From: Alphaproteobacteria bacterium
Lineage (GTDB): Bacteria; Pseudomonadota; Alphaproteobacteria; UBA2966
NCBI GenBank assembly: GCA_964291395.2
Contig: OZ219856.1
Coordinates: 1-64,000, forward strand
Reading direction: 5' to 3'
Length of the DNA stretch: 64,000 bases
A program made the translations under genes and the position numbers. This document shows, in pieces, positions 31,759 through 40,655 of this stretch (its first letter is position 1; each line of letters opens with the position of its first letter). The notes beneath the pieces are model-generated. The model did not search any database and was not told the origin of the DNA. It saw nothing but the letters and a program-made list of their open reading frames with translations.

Positions 31759-32727
31759 ATGAATGCCGGAATCCCGACAAATCGATTAGGCTCTCACGTT
31801 GCCGAGAAGATTCCTGCTGACGCAAAGATCATTGACGCTCACACCCACCCGTTTGGCAAACGTGGGCTCGACCTCAGCAACGACATAAAGGAATTTCGTG
31901 ACCCGATACTCCTACGCTGGAAGAATCCCGCACTTTGGCGGGAGATGTTCGAGTCGACGGACGATCTCACTGACGAACTGATCCGCGATATGGACGATCA
32001 CGGGATAGACAAAGCAGTGATCCAATCCCGTGGGGTCGGGGGAGTCAACGAGGATGTTGCTCGCGCGGTTGAGCGGTATCCAGACAGACTCGTCGGCCTG
32101 TTCCGTCCTGTCTACAAGGTGAAGGACAGTGGACCACAATCGACAATTGACTACGGGGAATTGGGCGCTCAAGTAGACATCTGGGTTTCGGAATTAGGCC
32201 TCAAAGGCATGGGTGAAATCCGGTTGAGTCGTTTTACGTCAGAGGCCGCGCCGGAAAGGATTTCGCAAGATCTGATCCCCCTCATGGAAATCATGGCGTG
32301 TCATAAAGTGCCCGTCATGTTCTTAACGGCGTGGACTCAGTTCGGGACCGCGCTGTACCACGGAATGCCTTTGTTTGTAGACGATCTCGCTGAACGTTTT
32401 CCCGAAGTACCAATCATCATCACAAAAATGGGTCGTGGATACGATATCCTTTTCGAAATGTGTCTTCTGATAGCCTACAAGCACCCAAATGTTTATCTGG
32501 ACACGGTACAGAGCAAACCTGAGCACGTGGCACGGGCGGTGTCCGAAATTGGTTCGAATAGGGTCATGTTTGGGACAGACTGGGAACAATCGTGGCGGGC
32601 TGTTCAAACAGAAGACGATTTCTACACACGGTCACTAGCTGTCGTTGCGGGCTCGGGCATATCGCATGAAGATATGAAGGCTGTTCTTGGAGGAACGGCG
32701 GAAAAACTGTTCGGATTCGTACAATGA
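31759..32727 (+). CDS. Amidohydrolase family 2 protein
   Basis: IIDAHTHP, MDDHGIDKAV, GMGEI, FPEVPII, VYLDT, RVMFGTDW. Confidence 0.85.
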   Translation: MNAGIPTNRLGSHVAEKIPADAKIIDAHTHPFGKRGLDLSNDIKEFRDPILLRWKNPALWREMFESTDDLTDELIRDMDDHGIDKAVIQSRGVGGVNEDVARAVERYPDRLVGLFRPVYKVKDSGPQSTIDYGELGAQVDIWVSELGLKGMGEIRLSRFTSEAAPERISQDLIPLMEIMACHKVPVMFLTAWTQFGTALYHGMPLFVDDLAERFPEVPIIITKMGRGYDILFEMCLLIAYKHPNVYLDTVQSKPEHVARAVSEIGSNRVMFGTDWEQSWRAVQTEDDFYTRSLAVVAGSGISHEDMKAVLGGTAEKLFGFVQ

Positions 32728-32886
32728 CGAGTATGGAGAAAGGTGTTTTGTGAGGTAGGAATCTCTGCTTGCATATGTGTGTTTGGATATAATCGAAGCC
32801 TATCTTGGATGTAAATGGATTTCTTATAGTCATCGAAGAAATGAAATCTTAAATCTTCTGCGTAAGATGTGGGCGAGCCGTAAGGC

Positions 32887-33684
32887 ATGACGGAAATATT
32901 GCTCAACGTTGACGGGGTCACACTGCAGTACAAGACTGCCCGCGATCTTGTCACTGCTACATACAAGGTCGATTTTGCAGTCCATGAAGCCGATAGGTTC
33001 GTAATTCTCGGGCCCTCCGGATGTGGCAAATCGACCCTTCTCAAGGCGGTTGGCGGATTCATGGAACCGGTGGAAGGCCGCATGACCATCAGTGGGCGGC
33101 GCATCGAAGGACCGGGTCCGGACCGGATGATGGTATTCCAGGAATTCGAGCAACTTATGCCTTGGAAGACTGTAAGGCAGAACGTACTTTTTCCTATGCG
33201 CGTCACGCGCAAGTTCCCTCACAAGGAGACACAGGAACGGGCAACTGCCGTGATCGATACCGTCAAACTCGGCGCGTTCGCGGATGCCTACCCACACATG
33301 TTGTCTGGCGGCATGAAGATGCGGGTGGCCATCGCACGGGCCTTGGCGTTGGAACCCGACATCCTCCTGATGGACGAGCCTTTCGCGGCTCTCGATGCCC
33401 TTAGCCGCCGCAACATGCAGCAGGAACTATTGGAACTATGGGACCAGGTCCGTTTCACGGTCCTGTTTGTGACCCACTCGATTGAGGAAGCGTTGCTCAT
33501 CGGGTCCCGAATCCTGGTCTTGTCGCCACACCCTGGGCGGGTGCGGGCGGAATTCAACGCAGATCAATTCAGTTTTGACAACATCGACCAGACTAATTTC
33601 GGTGTAATGGCCAAAAGAATTCACGGTCTGTTGGTCGATTCGGAATACGTTCCGACAACTACTCCCGAGCCAGAGACGATATGA
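32887..33684 (+). CDS. NitT/TauT ABC transporter ATP-binding protein
   Basis: GPSGCGKST, LSGGMKMR, LLMDEPF, VTHSIEEA. Confidence 0.92.
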   Translation: MTEILLNVDGVTLQYKTARDLVTATYKVDFAVHEADRFVILGPSGCGKSTLLKAVGGFMEPVEGRMTISGRRIEGPGPDRMMVFQEFEQLMPWKTVRQNVLFPMRVTRKFPHKETQERATAVIDTVKLGAFADAYPHMLSGGMKMRVAIARALALEPDILLMDEPFAALDALSRRNMQQELLELWDQVRFTVLFVTHSIEEALLIGSRILVLSPHPGRVRAEFNADQFSFDNIDQTNFGVMAKRIHGLLVDSEYVPTTTPEPETI

Positions 33685-34571
33685 GCGACCGCTCTGTCAG
33701 TAAGGCCTCGAAACATGCCGAAAGGCCTGATTTCGAGTGCCAACCCATCGAAGTCGACAGTAACACGGCGTACGAACGCCCTTTGTCTCTGGTGAGTCGC
33801 GTTTTGCGCAGCGATTTCGCTCAACGCGTGGCGATTCTGCTGGGGTTGATCTCGACGTGGCAGCTTTATGCCCTTTTTCTTGATAATCCGCTCTTGTTCC
33901 CGACTTTCACGGAGACTTTGCGTGTATTCTATGAGGACGTAGCCAGCGGATTTCTGCCAGACCGTATCAAAACATCCCTGAGCACCTTGGCAATGGGGTA
34001 TGTGCTCGGGCTCGTCTGCGCCGGGTTGTTCACGGCACTCGCGGTGGCGACTGAAGTAGGCGCGAGGCTCTTGTCGACACTCACCGCCATGTTCAACCCT
34101 CTCCCAGCGATCGCGTTGCTACCCTTGGCATTGATCTGGTTTGGTTTGGGCCCAGCTTCTCTCGTATTCATCCTGATACACTCGGTCTTGTGGGCTGTGG
34201 CCCTGAACACATTGACAGGGTTCCGAGCTGTTCCGGAAACATTGCGGATGAGTGGACGTAATTTCGGTCTGAGTGGTCCACTTTATATCGCTCTTATTCT
34301 CATACCCGCGGCGTTTCCCTCAATCCTGGCAGGAATGAAAATTGGGTGGGCGTTTGCGTGGCGCACTCTGGTTGCCGCCGAATTGATATTCGGTGTCTCG
34401 TCACGATCTGGCGGGATCGGATGGTATATTTTCGAAGCTCGTGCTCACCTAGAAACTTCACGTGTTTTCGCCGGGTTGTTCGTTGTTATAATCATTGGAC
34501 TGCTAGTAGAGACTGTAATTTTTCGAGGTATCGAGAAGCGTACCGTCGATTTATGGGGAATGCAGAGGTGA
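33681..34571 (+). CDS. NitT/TauT ABC transporter permease
   Basis: Multiple TM helices, PLPAIALLPLAL.WFG, WRTLVAAEL; ATGA overlap. Confidence 0.9.
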   Translation: MSDRSVSKASKHAERPDFECQPIEVDSNTAYERPLSLVSRVLRSDFAQRVAILLGLISTWQLYALFLDNPLLFPTFTETLRVFYEDVASGFLPDRIKTSLSTLAMGYVLGLVCAGLFTALAVATEVGARLLSTLTAMFNPLPAIALLPLALIWFGLGPASLVFILIHSVLWAVALNTLTGFRAVPETLRMSGRNFGLSGPLYIALILIPAAFPSILAGMKIGWAFAWRTLVAAELIFGVSSRSGGIGWYIFEARAHLETSRVFAGLFVVIIIGLLVETVIFRGIEKRTVDLWGMQR

Positions 34572-34662
34572 TTGTTCTCCTGCATTGACTATAGCGAGTA
34601 GTTGCCGCTACTACCATTGCCTGTTATTCGGCGCCCAAGTTTAACCCTACAGGATCACGTAA

Positions 34663-34675
34663 AATCAATGAGTTA
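34663..34675 (+). promoter_or_regulatory. Consensus IHF-binding site at a cargo/debris junction
   Basis: AATCAATGAGTTA matches WATCAANNNNTTR exactly. Confidence 0.45.
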
Positions 34676-34689
34676 TCGCGCCGCTCAAC

Positions 34690-34980
34690 AGTCCAATGCT
34701 CCCATAGCCCGGCGAAGGCGAACGGTCTGCCGTCCTTCAGCCCGAACAGCCACGGCTGCCTCTTCCCGCCCCTGCGGGTCCACTCGTAGAAGCTGTCGGT
34801 CGGGATCAGGCAGCGCCACGCGCGCCAGGCGGCCCGGAAAGAAGGCTTGGCGCTTGCCGTTTCGGCCCGGGCATTGATCAGCTTTTAGCCGATGTTCGGC
34901 TCCCTGGCCCAGAACGGAATCAAGCCCCAACGCAGCATCGAAAGGCGACGGCCGTCCCCGCCCGCGCGCACCGCCGTCCG
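34690..34980 (-). pseudogene. SOS-response-associated peptidase (SRAP/YedK) internal fragment
   Basis: Reads MLRWGLIPFWA..PNIG*KLINARAET...PSFR...RCLIPTDSFYEW....KRQPW......FAFAGLWEHW; in-frame TAA at 34885-34887; both ends missing. Confidence 0.85.
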
Positions 34981-34989
34981 CCTCTTTGT

Positions 34990-35210
34990 TAGAGCCACCA
35001 AGTCGCAGCCGGGCCTTGGCGTGCGCTTCATCACGGCCTTCTATCTGGTCCATGAACTGATCGAGGCGCGCGACGAGAAGAAGCTGCTCCGCCTCCGGGA
35101 CCTGCTCGCCAAGGTCAGCCTGCTGATCGTCGACGAGCTCGGATACGTGCCCCTCTCGCAGACCAGACCGGCAGCGAGCTCCCATCGACGTCTTCAGCCA
35201 GCGCTTCGGC
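34990..35210 (+). mobile_element. istB: IS21-family IstB ATPase fragment
   Basis: VRFITA..LVHELIEARDEK.LLR......SLLIVDELGYVPLS then frameshifted ..DVFSQR; Walker A absent. Confidence 0.75.
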
Positions 35211-35299
35211 GCATGGGCGGAACGCGCATCCGGGGTTACGAGAGTCTCGGTTACAGAGTAGGAAGGCCCGGCACCCTTGCCCACGCCGGGACGTGAGAT

Positions 35300-35392
35300 C
35301 GTACACGCGGGGGCATTTCCGGTCCTCGGACATGGCCTCACCGACACCGCTCAACTAACATTCAAGCTGGACCACTCGGTAGGGGCTGGTCA
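35300..35392 (+). mobile_element. IS3-family right-end remnant
   Basis: ...MASPTPLN* then TAACATTCAAGCTGGACCACTCGGTAGGGGCTGGTCA ending in CA. Confidence 0.65.
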
Positions 35393-35464
35393 GTCCCCTA
35401 GCCGCTTGAGGTCTGGACTCGGCCGGTCGTTGCGCGCCAGAAGGAACAGGATTGGCGGTCCTCC

Positions 35465-36490
35465 ATGTTCGAGGAACTGGGATTCGAGCAGCTGACACCG
35501 CTCACGGCGTCTGTCCTGCTGGGTTTGGTGCTCGGCTGCACCTACGGCGCCCTGGCCCAGCGCAGCGCTTTCTGTCTGCGCCGCAGTCTGGTCGGCCAGT
35601 GGCGCGATCGCCTGCCGGCACTGGGCGCATGGACGATGGCGCTGGCGTGCGCGATCGCCGGAACCCGGCTTGCAGTCGCCATGGACCTGATCTCCTTCGA
35701 GGCGCACCGGTTTCTCGCGTCTGACCTGCCGGTAGTCTCCGTGCTGCTGGGTGGCGCGCTGTTCGGGGCCGGCATGGTGCTCGCGGGCGGCTGCGTCTCG
35801 CGCCTCACGGTGCTGGTCGGCAGCGGCAATCTGCGCGCCCTGATCGTCCTGATCGTCTTTGCCGTCACGGCCCATGCAGTGATGAAGGGCGCGCTGGCAC
35901 CGATACGCCAGGCGCTCGGCGACGCATCCCTCTCCGGCGGAGAGGCGACGGCGCTCTCGGCATGGCCCGGCGGCGAGGTCTGGCCGCTGGTCATCGCGGG
36001 TGCCGCGTTCGTCTTCGCGCTCTTCTCCCGCGCGCGGATCGCCCATTTGGCGATGGCCGCCGCGATCGGTCTTCTGGTACCGCTCGGCTGGATCGGCACG
36101 GGCTTCGTACTGCTGGATGACTTCGACCCGATTCCCGTACAGTCGATGGGCTTCACCGGGCCGATGGCCGACACGCTGTTCTGGGTCGTGGCGGCGACGT
36201 CGATTCCGGCCGGCTTCGGCACAGGCCTCGCGGCAGGCGTTCTTCTCGGCAGCTTGGCGGCGGCGCTGGCGGCCGGCGAGTTCCGCTGGCAGAGCCTGGA
36301 AGGGCCGCGGCAGACCGGGCGTTACCTCGCCGGCGCCGTGATGATGGGCGTGGGCGGTGTGCTGGCAGGCGGCTGCACGGTCGGCGCCGGGCTCTCCGGC
36401 GTTTCCACCGCAAGCCTTGCCGCTCTCCTCGCACTCGCCGCGATGGTGGCTTCGGCGCGGGCCGTCGGCGTGCTCCTCGCCGCCCGATAG
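35465..36490 (+). CDS. YeeE/YedE (SoxT-like) sulfur-compound transporter
   Basis: FCLRR, GMVLAGGC, GGVLAGGCTVGAG Cys motifs, multi-TM; convergent with the sox operon. Confidence 0.88.
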   Translation: MFEELGFEQLTPLTASVLLGLVLGCTYGALAQRSAFCLRRSLVGQWRDRLPALGAWTMALACAIAGTRLAVAMDLISFEAHRFLASDLPVVSVLLGGALFGAGMVLAGGCVSRLTVLVGSGNLRALIVLIVFAVTAHAVMKGALAPIRQALGDASLSGGEATALSAWPGGEVWPLVIAGAAFVFALFSRARIAHLAMAAAIGLLVPLGWIGTGFVLLDDFDPIPVQSMGFTGPMADTLFWVVAATSIPAGFGTGLAAGVLLGSLAAALAAGEFRWQSLEGPRQTGRYLAGAVMMGVGGVLAGGCTVGAGLSGVSTASLAALLALAAMVASARAVGVLLAAR

Positions 36491-36544
36491 TGTGGCGGAG
36501 GGGCTACGGCGCTCCCGCCCGGGGCGTAAGCGCCGTCAGCAGGA

Positions 36545-37831
36545 TCAGCTGAACATGTCCCCGGTAATGGCGGCATACCAGCCGAGCGATTCCTCGTAGG
36601 TCGCCTTGCGCAGCTCCGCGCTTTCCCCGGTCTTGGAAATGAAGCCGTCGGTCTTGGCGATCTTCTCGTCGGTCGCTTCGTAGGAAGCGCCGACCTTGAC
36701 GCCGTCATCGGTGCCGATGAGCGACCAGCAGGTGTTGGAGAACCGCGCCGGGAACACCGAGGACCCGGTAAGCGCCCCGCGCACCGCCATGGCGCAGACC
36801 TTCGCCTGGCTGTTGGCCGAGAAGCCCGACTTCGGCATGTCGCCCTGCAGCGCCGCGTCGCCCAGCACGTGAATGTTGGCGTCCGCGCGACTCTCCATGG
36901 TGTGCGGCACGACCGGCGCCCAGCCGGACTCGTCGGTGACGCCCGCGAGCGCCGCGACGCGCCCCGCCTGCTGCGCGGGAATGACGTTGCAGACATCCAC
37001 CTTCGTCGCCTCGCCGTCCACCACCACCTCCAGGCTGTCGGGCCGCACCTCGACCTTGTCGCCGCCGAAATCCGGGCCGACGCGCTCGATCATGCCGGGG
37101 TAGTGGCGCTGCCAGCCGTCCTCGAACAATCCCTGCTTGGAGAACTTCTCCTTGGGGTCGACGATCAGGATCTTCGCCGTCGGGTTGGCCTGTTTCAGCA
37201 CGTGGGCCACCATCGAGATCCGCTCATAGGGCCCCGGCGGGCAGCGGAACGGGTTCGGCGGCGCCACCATGCAGTAGACGCCGCCTTGCGGCATGGCTTC
37301 GATCTGTGCCTTGAGAAGTTGGGTTTGCGAGCCGGCCTTGTAGGCGTGCGGCATGCGGTTCTGCTGTGACAGGTCCCATCCGGGAACGGAGCCTTCGCGG
37401 AAGTCGATGCCCGGCGAGAGCACGAGGCGGTCGTAGGCGAGGCTGCCCCCGCCCGCGAGCCCCACGCTCCGCGCGTCGCGGTCGATGGAGACCGCCCAGT
37501 CGTGCACGACGTTGATCCCGTGATTCGCGGCCAGCGCTCCGTAGCTGTGACCGATCGACGCGAACTCGCGGAAGCCGCCGATATGGAGGTTCGAGAAGAA
37601 GCAGGTGTAGTAGGCGCGGCTCGGTTCCACGAGCGTCACATCCACGGCACCCTTCGAATCCTTGGCGATGTAGCGCGCCGCCGTCGCACCGCCCGCGCCG
37701 CCGCCCACGACCACGACGCGGGGGCGGCCTTGCGCGAGCACCGCCGGCGCTGACAGCGCCGTAGTTGCCGCGGCCGCAGCTGCAAGAAAATGGCGCCGGT
37801 TCAAGCCGCTCTCTCCGTTCCGTTTGCTCAT
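36545..37831 (-). CDS. soxF: Flavocytochrome c sulfide dehydrogenase flavoprotein
   Basis: Tat signal LNRRHFL, VVVVGGGAGG, YYTCFFSN, RCPPGPYER, MPKSGFSANSQ, NTCWS. Confidence 0.92.
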   Translation of the reverse strand: MSKRNGESGLNRRHFLAAAAAATTALSAPAVLAQGRPRVVVVGGGAGGATAARYIAKDSKGAVDVTLVEPSRAYYTCFFSNLHIGGFREFASIGHSYGALAANHGINVVHDWAVSIDRDARSVGLAGGGSLAYDRLVLSPGIDFREGSVPGWDLSQQNRMPHAYKAGSQTQLLKAQIEAMPQGGVYCMVAPPNPFRCPPGPYERISMVAHVLKQANPTAKILIVDPKEKFSKQGLFEDGWQRHYPGMIERVGPDFGGDKVEVRPDSLEVVVDGEATKVDVCNVIPAQQAGRVAALAGVTDESGWAPVVPHTMESRADANIHVLGDAALQGDMPKSGFSANSQAKVCAMAVRGALTGSSVFPARFSNTCWSLIGTDDGVKVGASYEATDEKIAKTDGFISKTGESAELRKATYEESLGWYAAITGDMFS

Positions 37832-37848
37832 GACGTGTTTCTCCTGGC

Positions 37849-38607
37849 TCACGGGCTGTCTTCCGCCCTGTGGAAATGTGCGGCGAGGGCAGCGATCTCC
37901 TCGTCCGAGAGGCGCCCGGCCACCATCTGCATGACGGGATGGACCCTCTTTCCGCCCTTGTAGGCGTGCAAGGCTATCACGAAGTCGTCGAGCGGCCATC
38001 CGATTATCGAGGGGATGCCTTCGACGGTCCCGTCCATGCGGTGGCAGGTGATGCATTCACCCGCGAGATAGGCGCCGTATTCGGGGTCTCCCTCGATGGC
38101 GAGGATCCGCGGATCGAGGCCGAATTCCTCGGGCGTCGCGGTCGGTTCCGCCGACGGAAGATCGGAGCGGGGGCCGGAAAAGCCGCCTAGCCACGTCAGC
38201 AGCGCCGCCCTGTCGTCCGCTCCCGCCATTCCCGCGAAGCTCATGCGTGAGTGCGGCACGAGAGCGACCGGGTCGGAGAGGAAGGCGTCCAGAGTCGCCT
38301 CGGTCCAGACCAGGCCGCCGGCGCCGGCCGCCTTCATCGCCCGGGAATAGCGATAGTCCGCAAGCGAGCCGGCCGCGCGGCCGAAGACATCGTTGAGCTG
38401 CGGACCGATCCGGTGTTCCGCGCCGTCGCCCACCTGATGGCAACGCTTACATTGGCCGAAGAGCGCCTTGCCGCGGCTGGCATCGGCGCTCCATGCGGCG
38501 GCCGGGAGAACCGCCAGCAGCGCCACGGAAAGCAGTCTGGATGCGAGACATGCCGTGAGGCTGGCCGGCCGGGGACGGTGCCGGCCGGAGGCTTTAGTCG
38601 ACCTCAA
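37849..38607 (-). CDS. soxE: Dihaem cytochrome c
   Basis: Signal peptide, CKRCH and CITCH haem sites, GDPEYGAYLAGEC linker; probable TTG start overlapping the soxZ stop. Confidence 0.85.
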   Translation of the reverse strand: MRSTKASGRHRPRPASLTACLASRLLSVALLAVLPAAAWSADASRGKALFGQCKRCHQVGDGAEHRIGPQLNDVFGRAAGSLADYRYSRAMKAAGAGGLVWTEATLDAFLSDPVALVPHSRMSFAGMAGADDRAALLTWLGGFSGPRSDLPSAEPTATPEEFGLDPRILAIEGDPEYGAYLAGECITCHRMDGTVEGIPSIIGWPLDDFVIALHAYKGGKRVHPVMQMVAGRLSDEEIAALAAHFHRAEDSP

Positions 38608-38920
38608 TCCGTTTGCTGAGGCTGTACACGGAGCCTTCATCGTCGATCCATTGGAAGTCCAGGTGGCCCGATTCCGGAACGGCCATCTGAAACTGTATGT
38701 AGGGATCGGCCGAGACCGCCGGCTCCAGATCGACGGAGACTGCCACCTCGCCGTTGAAGCTCACCACAAAGCGATTGATGATCTGGCGCGGCACGAGCAC
38801 GCCCTCGCTGTCATGGCGCTGCCCCGTATGCATCGGATGGGTGATCCGGGTCTTGACCGTGAAGGGGACGCCCGCCGCCACCGACTTCGGCAGCTTCACG
38901 CGCGGCCTGGGTTCCGCCAT
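38594..38920 (-). CDS. soxZ: Sulfur carrier protein SoxZ
   Basis: KTRITHPMHTG, PRQIINRF, AVSADPYIQF, WIDDEG. Confidence 0.92.
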   Translation of the reverse strand: MAEPRPRVKLPKSVAAGVPFTVKTRITHPMHTGQRHDSEGVLVPRQIINRFVVSFNGEVAVSVDLEPAVSADPYIQFQMAVPESGHLDFQWIDDEGSVYSLSKRIEVD

Positions 38921-38930
38921 CGTCCGTTCC

Positions 38931-39350
38931 TCAACCGCAGCCGCCGACTGTCACCGCGATTGCCTGGGAGGTCTGGCGGAACGTGCCGTCCGCCATCTCC
39001 GCCACCGCATACACGGTCTGGCTCCCGGCCAGCCGGATGCGGATCGTGGCTTCCGGCGGCACCAGCCTTCCGAACGTGAAGACCGCGACGCCGGGATTCG
39101 GGTTTCCGTCGTTGAAGAGCGCAATGCGTCTGGCACCCTCGGCAACGACCCGGATCGGCACGGCGCCGCCGTTGTCGAAGATTTCCGGCGCATCGAGAAT
39201 CACGCCGCCTTCCAGGCGGAATGCGCCGCCTGTGAACGCGTCGATGGCCTGCCGGACCCCGTTCGAGGCCTCTACCGCGCCGACGGGGATCAGCGTGGCC
39301 GCGCTGGCAGACACGCCCATCAGCAACACATCCCTGCGCGTCGGAGCCAC
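38931..39350 (-). CDS. soxY: Sulfur carrier protein SoxY
   Basis: Tat signal TRRDVL, APEIFDNG..VP, NPNP, RIRLAGSQ, C-terminal VTVGGCG swinging arm. Confidence 0.92.
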   Translation of the reverse strand: MAPTRRDVLLMGVSASAATLIPVGAVEASNGVRQAIDAFTGGAFRLEGGVILDAPEIFDNGGAVPIRVVAEGARRIALFNDGNPNPGVAVFTFGRLVPPEATIRIRLAGSQTVYAVAEMADGTFRQTSQAIAVTVGGCG

Positions 39351-39641
39351 GATGAGGCCTCCTCCCGCTCGCCGGCCGATTAGTGATATGGCTCCCCGTT
39401 GCGGCGCACGTCAAGCCTCTGTCGCCCGATGCCGAGGGCGGCGGCTTGCGTGTCACGCTACGCTGCGACTTCGGCACGATCCTAGAACGGGCGGGAAATG
39501 GGGACAAGAGAGAGGCGACCGACACCCCCCGCTCGTGGGCATCGCGGTCGTGATAGAGTGGTGAACGTCGACGATGAGCCGCCGGGGAGCGAGACGGACG
39601 ACTGTCCGATGTCCTCCTCCCGACGATCAGGATGGGTAACG

Positions 39642-40574
39642 ATGGACGGAGACGGTTCGCTCCGACGAACGGTCGATCATCGAGATATCGTCGGGCGGCT
39701 CAGCCGTGTCGAGCGGCGCAGCCTGTTGCGGCGCTCCGATCTGAGAGGCTTGGTCCATCTTGCCGGCCATCTGGCGGCGCTGGGCGTTACCGGTTCGCTG
39801 ATCGCTCTCGAGGTGCCGGGCTGGCCGGTCCTGCTGCTGCCTCACGGCATTCTGCTCGTCTTCCTGTTTTGCCTGCAACATGAGGCGGTGCACGGAACGC
39901 CCTTCCGCAGCAACTGGCTGAGTACGGTGGCGGCCTGGGCAACGGGGCTGGTATCCGTCCTGCCCCCGGCCTGGTTTCACCATTTCCACATGGCGCATCA
40001 CCGCTACACTCACGATCCGGCGCGCGATCCGGAACTGGCAAGGCCCCCGCCGAGATCTAAGCCCGGTCTCGTCTGGACCGTCGCCGGCGGTCCCTACTGG
40101 GTGGGCCAGGTGAGGACTTTGCTGAGCAACGCTGCCGGGCGGAACCGCGACGCGTTCGTGCCGCCGCGGGCCCGATCGGCCGTCGTCCGGGAAGCGCGCC
40201 TGTTTCTCGCCGCCTACCTCGCCGCCGCCGGGTTGTCGGTGCTTTGGGGAGCGACCGCGCTGCTCTGGTGCTGGCTCGTTCCCGCGCTCCTCGGGCAGCC
40301 CTTCCTGCGCCTCTATCTGCTGGCCGAGCATACCGGATGCCCGCACGTGCCCGACATGCTCCGGAACACGCGCACGACCTTCACCAATGCGGCAGTGCGC
40401 TTCGTCGCCTGGAACATGCCCTATCATGTCGAGCACCATGTCTACCCTGCCGTGCCGTTCCACAAGCTGCCGATGCTCAACGCCATGATGCGGAGCGATT
40501 TGACCGTCACGGCAAACGGCTACCGGGCCGCGGCACGCGCCACTATTCCGGCCATCCTGCGCGGCCAGGCATAG
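39642..40574 (+). CDS. Membrane fatty-acid-desaturase/di-iron oxygenase family protein (MocD-like)
   Basis: His boxes HEAVH, HMAHH, HVEHH; DPARDPE; AEHTGC; start uncertain (39609 possible). Confidence 0.85.
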   Translation: MDGDGSLRRTVDHRDIVGRLSRVERRSLLRRSDLRGLVHLAGHLAALGVTGSLIALEVPGWPVLLLPHGILLVFLFCLQHEAVHGTPFRSNWLSTVAAWATGLVSVLPPAWFHHFHMAHHRYTHDPARDPELARPPPRSKPGLVWTVAGGPYWVGQVRTLLSNAAGRNRDAFVPPRARSAVVREARLFLAAYLAAAGLSVLWGATALLWCWLVPALLGQPFLRLYLLAEHTGCPHVPDMLRNTRTTFTNAAVRFVAWNMPYHVEHHVYPAVPFHKLPMLNAMMRSDLTVTANGYRAAARATIPAILRGQA

Positions 40575-40655
40575 CCGCGGTTTCCCTGACGCCTGCACGG
40601 AATCAGTGGAATGTCGCGCTGCTTGCCCGTCCGAGATGGCGACGCCATCGCCGTT

